DNA of 64,000 nt from Schizochytrium sp. TIO01. Taxonomy: Eukaryota > Protista > Bigyra: Labyrinthulomycetes. The stretch lies in NCBI GenBank assembly GCA_004764695.1, contig SMSO01000007.1, positions 2,425,270 to 2,489,269 on the forward strand, written 5' to 3'. The notes under the pieces are model-generated. The model did no database searches. It saw nothing but the letters and a program-made list of their open reading frames with translations, and had not been told where the DNA came from. Shown one piece after another: positions 11,384-24,100 of the stretch (the stretch's first letter is position 1; each line of letters starts with the position of its first letter). Position numbers and translations under genes: made by a program.

Positions 11384-12106
11384 GATAGTCTCTATATCTG
11401 AGCATACTCTTTAAGACGATTGACACTCTCGAAAGATTGACTGCCCACACCACCAAGGTCGCTCATGGTTTCGAGCATGGCAATGTGCTTTTCTATGTGT
11501 TTCGCTTGTTGTCCGATTGGTTTGGTGTAGCTTCTGATTGATCTTCTGACATCAAGCATGTTGTTCGCCCCACTCAATGTCCTGCCTAATATGTTTATGG
11601 CTCCTTGCAGAAACGACTTACGTAGCGAATCTCCCGTTAGGAAGATTTCTCAGAACATGAGTTTAGTGGAAAGGATACAACTTGCCAAAATATATGTGCT
11701 ACTCCACAGCTGTACAGCGTAGTAGCTTCCTTCATATCTTGTATTGCTTTTTTAAAGTGCGATGTGGGCTGACAATTCCCCCAAACTTGATTTTGCACGT
11801 AACAAAAATCTTACTTTCTTCTTTTTTTTTTGGTTGATCTAATTTTCATCTTGCACGTCCTTACTGCTGCACTTGAATTAGAAAATGAAAATAAATTTAC
11901 GGTTGTGCTTTTTCCTAAAGCACAGCAACGGAGGAAATTTGGGAAAATCATTAATGTTACTTTTCTCTCTTTTTTTTTTTTCTTGTCTTCAAAAGTTCTT
12001 TTATGGAGACTATGTCAAAAATGCTTGGCAGCACATAACACACCCATTTGCTATTTATTTAATTTTTATTCTTCTTGTGGTGCCTGAAATTTCTGTTTCC
12101 CGTGTA

Positions 12107-15100
12107 TTAATCATCTGTTGAAGCCAGGAGAGCCACACCACCTCGAATGAAGGTGTCCTGAGTTTTGCTCTGATGAATGGGAATTGAAATGAGCATGATG
12201 AAGTTTGTGGAGTGACCGGTGGTTGAAAGGATACCGCGTCGTTCACTTGTACGGTAGCACGGGCACTCATAGACGTGTGTTTCTTCCATATCCTCTCTTT
12301 TTGCTGGTTGAAACAGCATCATTGGTGCCGGAGAGATGAGCACCTTTGGAAGAGATTCTGTAAGAATCATCTCATCTTTGCAGAAACGAGCGCCATCAAT
12401 AAAGAGACCGTACACAATCACACCATCCTCAGGTGGCTTCTTGATATCCTGCGGGTCCTCTTTGCGCATAATAAAGACAAAGTCAATTGTGTCAATTTCA
12501 AGTCGGTACTTACGCGCAAAGTTCTGCAAAGAACCAGTCAGAAAAGCCTGGGTGAAGTAAAAACCACTAATCCAAAACGTCGGAGGTGGTAAGCCCTTCG
12601 GATCATCCAACCACTTTTGGAAAAAGTCTAAACGTGCCAAAAGATCAGCAACGTAACCTGCCAATGGCTTTAGTGACGGGTAACTACTTCCAAGCCACTT
12701 TTTGGGGACAAGACCAAAGAGAAGAGCTTGAGCAACCTTTTCAAGATCTTCACTCATGACGACCAACCCACGAACGGCCTTTTTGACCTCTTTGAGACTC
12801 TCTACGACAGTAGCAATAAGATTGTTAAATCTTGATAGCTCCTGACAAAGAACAGTGTTCATGGATTGCTCCCAGCGCACAGGATATTTGAGTTCTGCTA
12901 GCTCCATGTTATACTGCGTGGGCATTTTCTCAAGGATTGAGTCGGCGATGCTGAAGATGGTATCTTCATCTGACATTGGTCCATTGCTTTGTGCCTCATC
13001 ACCATCTTCTCGATCATCCTCACCTCCCGAGCTCTTTTCGGATGTCTTGGCTTCCCCTTCTTCATCATTTTCTTCTTCCTCATCCTGGCCGGCCTGTTCT
13101 GCTTTTTGACACAGAAGAAGACTGCTGAATAGTAGATTTGTTTCTCCAATGCCCTTTGTAATGGCAGCGTTCTCATGCAGTCCAAAAACATCAGGCTTAT
13201 CCGCCAAAGGCAGCTTTTCGATATATGAAATATATCCTTGGTAATCTGTGTCTTCTGGAATTACATAGGCCCCAGATGGAGAGAACTTGTAGCCTTCTTC
13301 AAGCACTTCGCTGTTATAAAAGTTGCTCAAAATACTCATCAAGCAACGCCGATCTTTATCATCAGTGACACGTCCACCATAATTACATTGACCACAAGTG
13401 TAACGCAAGGCTGCGAATGGGAGCTGATCGTATAAATCTAGAAACTCAGCAAGCTGGCGAGTTGAAATGATACGGTCACTCTCACTGAACTCATACGGTA
13501 CATTATATCCGGATGGTCCAAATTTAACACGCTCTTGAACGATGGCGTGAAAGAAGGATAAACTAAAGAGAAGTTTACGCCACTCAACAGGGCGAGACAC
13601 TACCTTATCAAGGAATCCATTCTCTGCAATGGGATCCTGTAAGTAACTACTTAGAATGTTCGCACGCAGTCCACGCGGTGGTTCAAGCGTCATTTTGACA
13701 CTATTCTGTAGAATGGAGACTGGAAAGTCATCCGTTGGGTAGGTTGTACACCAAAGCCGGTACTGACGATTGCAAGTTGCCTCGGATGTCATTTCTACAA
13801 TGCGCTCAAGAGCAGGCATCCAAGATACAGCAAGGTGACAATTCTGAAGAACGACCCAGATCTTTTCATTCTCTGCTTTCTGGGCCTTTTCAATCATTGC
13901 TTCTGCCTTGATACCTTGACCTTGACCAAGTGAGATTGACTCTACACGCGCGTGAATTTCCTCACTGAGCTTGATAATTGCAGACATTGGATCTGAACCT
14001 GCTGAAAGAACAAACACGAGAGGGGACATGTATGAAGCATCATGGTAGCAAGCTTGTAAATTAAAGCTAGGCGGCTTAACAAATCGATCACCCATTTTCT
14101 CGATGACGAAGTCCTGAACCGCAAGACTAACTTTATCAGGACGTATACATCGCAACACAAGCATTTTTTGAAACGTGTCTACCTTGGATTCCCAGGCCCC
14201 CGGGAGAGGCATCTGATGTGCATCTGCGGAGTCGTAAATTGCCTGAAAGCCTGCCTTTTGCTCTGCTAGAAATTCTCGTAGACCCGTAAAGCTAGAGAGG
14301 TTTGCCAGACGGCACAATTCTCCCCAACCTTTCTCGCCTAACCATTCTGGGCAAGGGTTCGGATAGGGATTTTCAGTAGCGACACCACCAGTGAGGAGGA
14401 ATGCCCATTCCTGTGGGTTTACTTCGTTTTTACCGAAAAGAATACGAATACAAAGTAGAAATGAGAACAAGAGCTTGTCCTTTTCAAGCAAACTACGACA
14501 AACATTGCAGTAGAGTGTGTAGGTAAAGAATTCATTGAGAATGTTGAGGCGCTTGGCTAGCTCATCGCAAGGTTCAGAGTCGTCGATGGCTTTAAGAAAA
14601 AGATTACCAAACCACTCCAAAGAGTATTGATACGTAGGTTCAATATTCGCCAGATCCGCAATACAGAAATAGAGAATCTGAGCATGATATGCAACCGGAA
14701 CATAACCTGCTCGTACTTCATCAATTTTCTTCTCGGTGACCACTGCAACGGCTTGTTTTTCCTTAATGTCATCTGCTAGCACCTTACTAGACTTCAGCGT
14801 CTCAATTGCACTTTCGTCTTCGAGAATGTTTCCAGAAGAGGAGGAAAGAATCTGAAGGATTTCATCCTCGCATTGCTTGAGCTTAGCAGCATTGTTTGCG
14901 CCATCAACAATCAAACGCTCTTTTTCCGCTGCCAACTCTGGCTGTTCAGCCTTGACAACCTTTGCAAGCATCTGGTCCTGCAAACCAGCAGGAGTGATCA
15001 TGAAGTTCAACAATGTAACCTTAACAGCAACCTCCGGAAGGTAATGCGGGTTTCTCAACTTAGTTGTGATATAGAATCTGAAACTGTCCGAATATTCCAC

Positions 15101-18100
15101 AACACTATCACCAAGGCGAATACATTGTACACCACCTTGTTTGAAAGTTGCCTTCTGTAAGAGAGGCTCAAATGAGGGATCAATCTCCTCATAAATATTC
15201 TCCAGTAAAACCGGGCTACCAAATTGCACAGCATTCTCTACAGTACGCATGTAGTTTGGATCACTCAGCTTGATAACCTTAAGCCCATTCTCTGCTTCAA
15301 GGTTGCGAATCCACTTATTAGCCTGTCCTTGAGGATCAATCATCAGTGGCCAACGTCGTGAATTGAACAAGATAATGGCGTTATCTACACTGAAGTCATC
15401 AGTAGGCAAACCGTTGACGTTCCACGATCGTACAGTAACAGGATCTCCTAATGTTGAAAACAGTGTTGGGTCATCCTTACTAGGAATCTTCTTCTCACGG
15501 CACATGGTAGTCCATCGGCCCACCACGTCGTCACGGTAGTCTGCGGTAAATGCTCCAAGATATGCAATGACACCAGCTGAAACAAGCACGTTTCCAGTCA
15601 ACAGAACGTACTCATCCTTAAGATCGGCTACATTCTGGGTCCAACGTGCCTTCTCACCACCCAAACCATCAATAAGTTGTTTGGCACGCACGAGTTTCTT
15701 TTCGCATAGATCTACATCAAACTCAAGCTTGCTCTTTTTCTCTTTTGCAGCCTCAAGATTGGTTTCCAGAGCCGTAAGATCGTCGATGACAGTCTGCAAC
15801 TCGGCCTTCTTTTGGTTAAGTTTATCCATGGTCTCTGCCAGAGTAGCTTCGGTTTCCTTCAGCTTGGCTTTCTTCGGAGCCACGACTTTAGCAACCTTAT
15901 CGTAAGATTCCATTGCACGTACCCACTTGCAGAGACCAAAGGCAGCAACGGAAGCTTGCTTGATCTTGGCAGGTTCAAAATCTGGGTTGTTGACGTACTT
16001 TTCACGAAGGATTGCAATCACCTTCTCGCTAATGTTGTCCTTATCATAATCTTTAAGACGCTGCAGAAACTTTGGGTCGCCCAACAAAAACTTTTTAGCA
16101 GGGCCCCAATAGTCCTCAATTTTCTTTGTCGGATCATTCGGATCTTTGATGCGTTCAGACTTAACACCCATCATTTGACACACAGCACTCATTACAAGTA
16201 CCACACCAGATGGTGGAGTTTTCATAGCTTTAACCTCAGTGATATCACTGGGCTTCAAGGTATCAAGAGCCTTCATCGCGTCTTCCAACAATGGAATAGC
16301 TTCTGCAAGATCATTTTCACACTCAGCTTTCATAGCAGCACATTCATCAGCCTGAACTTGTACAATTGCAGCTTCCTCACTGACAGTCTTCTTCATGGCC
16401 TCTACTCCTGGGAGCTTCTTCTCAATCACAGCCATCAGTTCGTTTGTCTCCTTTTTCGACTTTTCGAGAACAGGAATAAGATCTGTGAGTTCCTGCTGCA
16501 TTGTGCTCACTTGCTCAGCTGCAAAGGCAAGCTTTTCGAGACCAATCTCATAACGTCGGCGCTGGGCATTAACTTGATCACGGCAAGATGCCAAAGAACC
16601 TTTGAAACTACGGATAAGTTCGAGATATGATGTTGGCGTGACATAGTTAATACGACGGAGCTCGTTTCTCATTCGCTCGCTCAACTCAGCAATTGATAAG
16701 TGCATGTATTGGCAAGTATCAACGATCTCTTCACGAACCTGGGCATCGAGTTCCACAGTGCTCAAGAAGGTTCGTGCTACTGCTACAAGAGCGTCTTTCG
16801 GCCACGCAAAGAACCAGTCAATCGTACAACAGTTGACAAGACTAGGAAATTTACGTAGACGATCGCGAAAAGCACTTCCAATTGGACTAAAGGCCAGCAC
16901 AACGTGCAAACGTGATCTAACGCGATCAATAAACATACGCCACAATTCATTAAGAGTAGCATCCTTCACGCCAAGTTCTTTGGCAATCTTCTGCATACGA
17001 TCCAAAATCTCCATGCGCGCATCAAGAGGAAACAGATTCGGAACTTCACCGGTGTTGAGCATACAATTGATGTCCTCAATAAAGCTCTCATATTTAATTT
17101 GTGTATCACAGAATAGAAAAACCATAGGCTTACTACCTGTACCTGCTCCCTTGAGCACTTCTTGAAGGTCCTCCCGCCACTCGACCTCGGTGTAATTCTT
17201 CGAAAGCTCAACTTGAATGAGAGAGTAATCGGCCACAAAGGCAGCAAGGCGTGTTAGTGATTGACGACCACTTCCTCCCACACCAACCAAGAGCAAATTG
17301 CCTCGTGGCATTCCTAATACCCGAGCAATACGAGAGATGTGCTCAATTGCAAAGACGAACATGACAAGATCCATCGGCGTCTTGCTCTCTGCATTGTACA
17401 ACTCAAGGTATTCTTGCATAAGAGGGACAAGGCCTGGAACATTAGTGACCTCAACATATGGCCTCTTGGGATTATCAGGATGCGCATAGCTTCCAAAGAA
17501 GAGCTTCCGCAAAGCATCAAGTGTGCCATCATCACCCTCCTCACGCAGATGCTCAGTTACAGCATGTACACCACCAGGCTCCCCGAGATGATCAGCTAAA
17601 GCTGAATCAAGGGCACTAACGAACCATTTTTGATCATCAATATCGATCAATCGATCCATCATCACACGACAAGTCTCGTGCACCCAAAGGCGCCGCAAGC
17701 CATCAGCATTGAAACTGTCGGAGCGACTTACAAGCATGACTCCCTGGATAATACGACTAAAGTCACGCAAGTTGAAGGTATAGTGAGACTTGAGTGGTGT
17801 AGGGAGTAAGTTTTCAATGGACTGAGCATAAATTTGCAGAGTTGCGTCAATCACCTTTTGTGACAGGGCCTTCACATCTGATGGCATGCCTTGAACACCC
17901 ATGTGCCATGTTAAAATAGTATTAAAGATCAGTTTCATGGTGTCGCCATCAAAACTTGATACACAAAGAATACTAAAATGACGCAACATACGTGGTGTGA
18001 TGTGGTTACGACTGCCTCCAGGAGGGCACATGGCAGCAATCAGCTGGGTATCAACGATTTCATGAAAGTCCTTCTCGGCAAGATCAAACCAGCCGCCATT

Positions 18101-21100
18101 GTCGACAAGCTGCCGTAAAATTTCTATGGGAGGCTGCGCTCCGTACTCCTCGACCTCAGGCATGTTTAGATCGTCAACAAATACAACACATTTGGATCCA
18201 ATAGATGGTCCATAGATGCCGCGTCTACGTTTGTCAATTTTGGAGTCCACGATTTCTTGGGTTTGATTAGCAGTAGATTTTGCTGTGAATGCAATAGGGA
18301 CCGTCTTATAGATATCCTGGTCTACATTTTGACTTAGAATCTGGCTTATGAACATTGATTTGCCAGTTCCTGTAGGACCTACCACCAAAACAGGAAACGA
18401 GTTGAGCAAGTTGAGCACAATAATTCTTTCCATCTGGGCTGTGACTTTAGTGGGGATTACGAGGGCACTAAATTCCGCATCTGGACTGAGCTGAGGAAGA
18501 ACAAACGTGTCAGTCCAAGACATCCAAGTTTTTGAGGTCTTCTTTACCTCTGCACTACCGATGCTCTTAGCGCCGCCACCAATGAAGCAGTAATCAAAGA
18601 TGAGGCCTTCATCAGGAATTGGCTCTGCAAATGTATAGCTTCCGGTTTCGTAAGGACATTCCCATTCTCTGAGCATAAGCAAGGTCTTCACCGCCTTCAT
18701 TTCAGGAACATCGACTACAGTAGCATCCTTCATGAAGCCCCTCATGAAATCGCTAAAGATTTTTCGTCCATCATCATCGACAATGCCTCCAACAGCCCAG
18801 ATGAGGCAGAACAGAAAGGTATTTTCCAGCATGACCTGGTCGATGCTGACCTTGGCGACAACGCTTTCCAAGAACATACTTTCCATAAGACGTAACAGCG
18901 AAACAACGAGCGTCTGATCAAGGGTAGGTACAAAGCTCTTGCATTCTTTGCGAAGATATGAAATGGCAGGGTCTATAAGCCAATTGCAAAGTGTTTGAAG
19001 ATGCTGGGTGAGCTCTTCATTGAGCACAAAAGTCACAACCTCGGCGTTTTCCTCATCGGCAGCAGCTTGCTTCTTCTTCTTGCTCTTGGCGTCCCCCTCC
19101 TTGGACTCCTCTTGAGCCTTACCGGCACCTTCCTTATCGTCAATGCCGATACGGACAACTGGCTCGAGGTTGAGTGTACCATACTTCATCAGCCACGATT
19201 TCAGTACAGGTTGCCAACCCACACGAAAAGGTTCCATGAAGATCACACCTACGCGTGAAACCGTTGCTGGAGATGCAACCTCAAGGTCCATAGGCTCAAA
19301 AATCATACTCATAGTCGGCGTCATCATGATCATCTCACCATTCATGAGACAAAGCTTCTTATTATCATCAAGTACGGTATTCATGTTCTCAATCCAAATA
19401 GCATCGACAGGACCATCAAACCAAACCCACTTGCGATCCTCAACCGCGCCGATCTTTGGTGGATTAGTTGAGAAATTTCGGTATGCAATTGCAAGTACAC
19501 CATCTGTCCACTCATGTGAGACAGGGTCGAATTCACCATAAAGTTGTCCCATAGTAACTGACTTGGGGTTCATTATAGCAGTATAAACTCGGGTCCATCG
19601 ATGGTCTTCAGGAAAACGCTCCTTTAGGAGCGTCAGCACACGCTGAAGCATCTTCAAAGAAGTGGTCTTGCCAGCAAATGGAAGCCCCACAACCATGAAA
19701 CCGTGCCGCACAATCATCATTTCGTAAACTTCGTGAACCTTGTTTAGAAAGTATTCGGTTGGGTCTAAGCGCCACTCACGGCAAACCTCACGAATAGCAG
19801 TGTCCATGATTGTATAATCTACATCCGGTAACTTGATGCCTGGGAAAAGATCTGATACAATACCATTAAAGAGTGGGACGTCAGGGGCCAAAAACTTTGG
19901 CAAGTTCACATCAATAATGGAGCGAAGACAAAGAATATTTTCGTCCTCTTCAGGCTGCTGTTGTTTCAAGTTACCTGCAGCACGCAAAACGGCCATGACG
20001 GCGCGCATACCGTAATCGTAATGTGACTGGTTTGAAAGCTGCTCGGAGCAAAGCTTATATGTCATCACAATTTTTTTGGCAAGCTTGAAACCCTCAAGGT
20101 ATCCCATACTATAGAGAATAATTTGACCAATCATTGCATAATCTGGAACCATCATAGCGACATCACGGAACAATGCCTTTAAGTTATCAGGCAGCTCTTG
20201 ACGTCCGGCATAGCCAGGATTCATAGTAATAAACACGTTACATGTGACACGGAGCTTGATCATAACACCTTCAAACTCAAAGATATCAAGTTTTGCTACC
20301 TTTGCACGAGAGATTGTCAAAATTTGCTGAGCAACGACAGATAGCACCTCGAGGTTAATACGATTGAATTCATCGAAACAAGCCCAGGCTCCTGTACCTG
20401 CAAGACCCTTGAAAAATTTACCCATAGCTTTGTAATCAAGACTATCTGAGCAATTGTACACAACACACTGGATAGCAATAGCTTTACCCAAATCCTTCGT
20501 AGTTTCTGTTTTACCCGTACCGGCTGGACCAGCAGGAGCTCCACCATAATCTAAATGGACAGCTCCCATTAGAGTACGGTAGCAACGATCAGTCAAAGGT
20601 GTAATCACAAGGCGCATAGAGTTACCAAGGTACTCAAAACCATAGAGGCGCTCAGCATTGATCATGCGGCAGGCAACAGAGCCTGGGTTTCCTGAAAGCG
20701 CAGAAGCTCGACCCTCAGTCCAATAGTAGCGAAGTTGACACAACCAATCAAAGTCATTTGGATCCGAGATACCGATCTCAGCGAGCTCTTGTGTTACATC
20801 GCGTGCGTGCACATCCAACACTACGAGAGGACTTACTGTCTTCCGGACGAGCTTTGGAATGTTGCCACGGACAAGCTTGATAATATCATTGATATATCCT
20901 GTAAGCTTGTCAGCATAGAGTTGAACTTCTTTTGCCCCTCCTGAGATTGCCGCGGTACATTCTTGAGTCCAGTAGGTTTGCGTGACACCAAGGACAACCT
21001 GGCCGGGCCAAAGTTGAAGCCACGCAATACGATCTTTATCTCGGTAGTCAAAAACAGCCTCATCAAAGACGTGTGCTACTGTCTTTCTCATGATGTTCTG

Positions 21101-24100
21101 AATTTGGTCAAGCCAGATTTCTACACAACCACCGGCTTCCATCGGATTAATAATTTTTTCTTTCACCTCATCATAGGTAAAAGGAACTACCTCACCTTCA
21201 GAAGAAATCATTGAGCGAATGTCCATGGTGTTTGTGAATTCTAGACTAGCAATACCTTCAAAACATTTAATGAGATGAGGCTGGACGCGCTTAGGATCTT
21301 TGGTCTCACTAAGAATTTCCAGTAGCTCTTCATTTGATAAGAAGAAGAATCGAGGAAAGAAAACACGTTTGGCATTCAGGTAATCTGCCAAGCCCTTTTG
21401 GATCTCATCAAGCATTTCATTCGCGCGTTTGAGCTTGGGCAGAAATCCTTCTTGCTTGAAAACTGCCATTACAGACAAGTCTTCAATTGTGATTTCCATC
21501 GAATCGCGCCACAAACGATCGACTTTTTTAAACATTTTAGCTTCACTTGGCATCTGCTTGCAAATATCTGCACTTGAAAAAATTGGCTCGAGATATAACC
21601 ATGTGCCTTGCATAGTTAAGCGGTTTGAAATGATTTGCTCCAAGTTTTTGAGGCGATCTTCCCATGCCAAGCATCGAGCTTCCATTGATTTGATGTATCG
21701 GGAGCTACGCATAGCTTGCGTACGCACAAGCTGATCATCTAGCGTTTGCTCAATTTCATCCATGGACCGGAAAATAGACGTGCCAGTGTCTTTGTATTCA
21801 ATGACTGAAAATGACAATGGAACCCAGTCCTCTTCCATCTTATCCATGGCCTTCATGAGGGAATATTCTTTAGCTGCTGCACCACAAATTTCCTCAAGTG
21901 GCTCAGTGTTCTTTTCCTCGAATAAACCAAGATCCGCCATACCAGCAATGGTAACAATTGTAGGCACGGGATCCTCGCCTTCAGCGTCCTCCTCTGTGGC
22001 TGGAGCCCCATCTGCAGGTGCAGGCTGCTCTTGGTTTGCAACTCCTCCGTCCGTTGCATCCGCAAGCTCCTCCTCTGGGATAACAGGATCATGTACCATA
22101 CCTTGTAAGTCCACGTATGGTGCTCGGAAAACTTCAGTGTACATTTGACAGTAATGACGTTCCATAAGCGACGGGTGGCCAAAGAGAGCAACAAATTCAG
22201 CCTTGGTACGTGTTTCACGGATTGATTTCAAAAGAATCTCCACAACTTCGTCTCCTTTATACTTGCGATTGTATCCAACACTCTCCTGGAAATACTCGTC
22301 AACAGTTCGTTCAAGCTGAGGGCCGTCAAAACCATCTTCGTTACGCTCCGGATTGAGCAAGATTGTCATATCAGTGTTCCACCAGCGATCATGATCAGCG
22401 TTCCATCGAGCAAGACAACCCCAAATGCTTTGGCGACGTTCCAGCATCATACGACAGTTTTCGACAGCTCCAACCTCAAAGTTGTAGGTTGTTGTAGGCT
22501 TATCCTCTGGTTTCTTCTTATTACCAACAAGTAATTCCATTTGATGTGCATATTGCTTTGCTTTCTCAAGTTGTGCATCCCATTTTCCTTTAAGCTTGCC
22601 AAGAACATCGACCATCTCGTCAGCACTCTGTGCGGGATCATTGAACGGCTCGCGAGTGAGCTGAAGAGTCATTTGATCACAGAACTCCTCCATGGTCTTA
22701 ATTCCAGACTTTAATTTTTCAACATAAGCACTGTTGTGAGCTGAGATGTGGTTCCGAGCTCTTGCAAGCGACTCTTCGAACCTGAACTTCTCATCAGCAA
22801 GCTCTTCTAGCCGAGCAGCATCTTCAATAGAGTGCCTAATTTGAAACTCTTTCATAAGAGTGTAGATTTCTTGAATGTTGCCAAAGTTCCGGTCATGGAA
22901 TTTCTGTGCAAGTACATGGATGTTGTAGTGCTCATAGTACTCCGCATGTGAAGTAAGTGATGCATTTGTATCGACCTCAAGATCTGTGCATGCCTTGCGG
23001 TATTTAGAAATAAGACTGAGTACTTCGTCATGACCAAGGGTCTCAAGACAGGACTTGCACGTCTCCATGGGCGTGTTGAGAAAGTCGATTAGTTTTTCTT
23101 TGAAGCTTCTTGTTTCAATAATAACAAGAGAACCACACTTAGTTTCGAGCTTCATGTTATGAATGTCCTTACCCCATTCTTGATACATGTGGAGATCCCG
23201 CTTTAGGGTGATAAAATCTGGTTGTGAGGTCACATACTCATCAGAATTAAAGGATGTGAGACCGAGGTAGATCTTTTCAAAGCGATCTTTGAAACTAGAC
23301 CCAAAAATATTACCTTCAGCATAAGCTTGATCAATAACAGCATAAAGTTGACCAAAAGTACCTGTCAGGGAGTCAAAATCAGCGCATGTAGCCGTAAGAC
23401 TCGTCATCTCACTCATTCTATTTTCTGGAGTACCGCGAGAGTACTCAGGATCATAAGGCTGCATTTCCTCCACGGAAACCGCACGATCAGGAATCATTAA
23501 GAGCGGGAACGAATCTACAGTTTCGAGAAGCTTTGTACAAAAATCAGTGAATGCACTAAACATCTCATTTTCGGTGGGGTCGATAGCATGATACACTACC
23601 CGGATGGGCCCCTTTGGTTTTACTTCGCCATTTTCATCCTCCTCCTCCTCTTCATCATCTTCACTAGGCTCTGGCATAACTTCCTTTGCACGAAGCTCGA
23701 TATTTACCTTGAACACTCCGATGCTTGATGTAGCTACAAATTCTACAAGACTAGCGTATGAATCGATGATGTAGGAAAGCATGCGCCCGAGGATTATGTA
23801 GTTCACCATTCGGCAAAAGGCAGGGAGGCGTAGCAAATCCACTTCCAGTGTGTTAATTGCTTTGATTGTGTTTTCCTTCTCCATGCGTGCCTCGGCCATG
23901 GACTTTGTTGCCACATTGATGTTATTCTTGTTTCTTAGAAGCTTTTCTTTATGAAGCCTGAGATCTTTCCGCAAGCCTTGTGTTGCTCGTACAACACCCT
24001 GGCCAATAGAACTTCCTGCGTGCTGAAGACCAATTAAGATATCGCCTTCAAGCTTGTCAGTTTGCTTTTGAGCGAAGGTAGGTAACAAAGAAGCACGTCT

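Noticed and set aside
11392-11735. Possible small spliced minus-strand gene (SGANNMLDVRRSIRSY...)
   Set aside because: Needs a 40-bp intron and the upstream frame hits a stop before any ATG.
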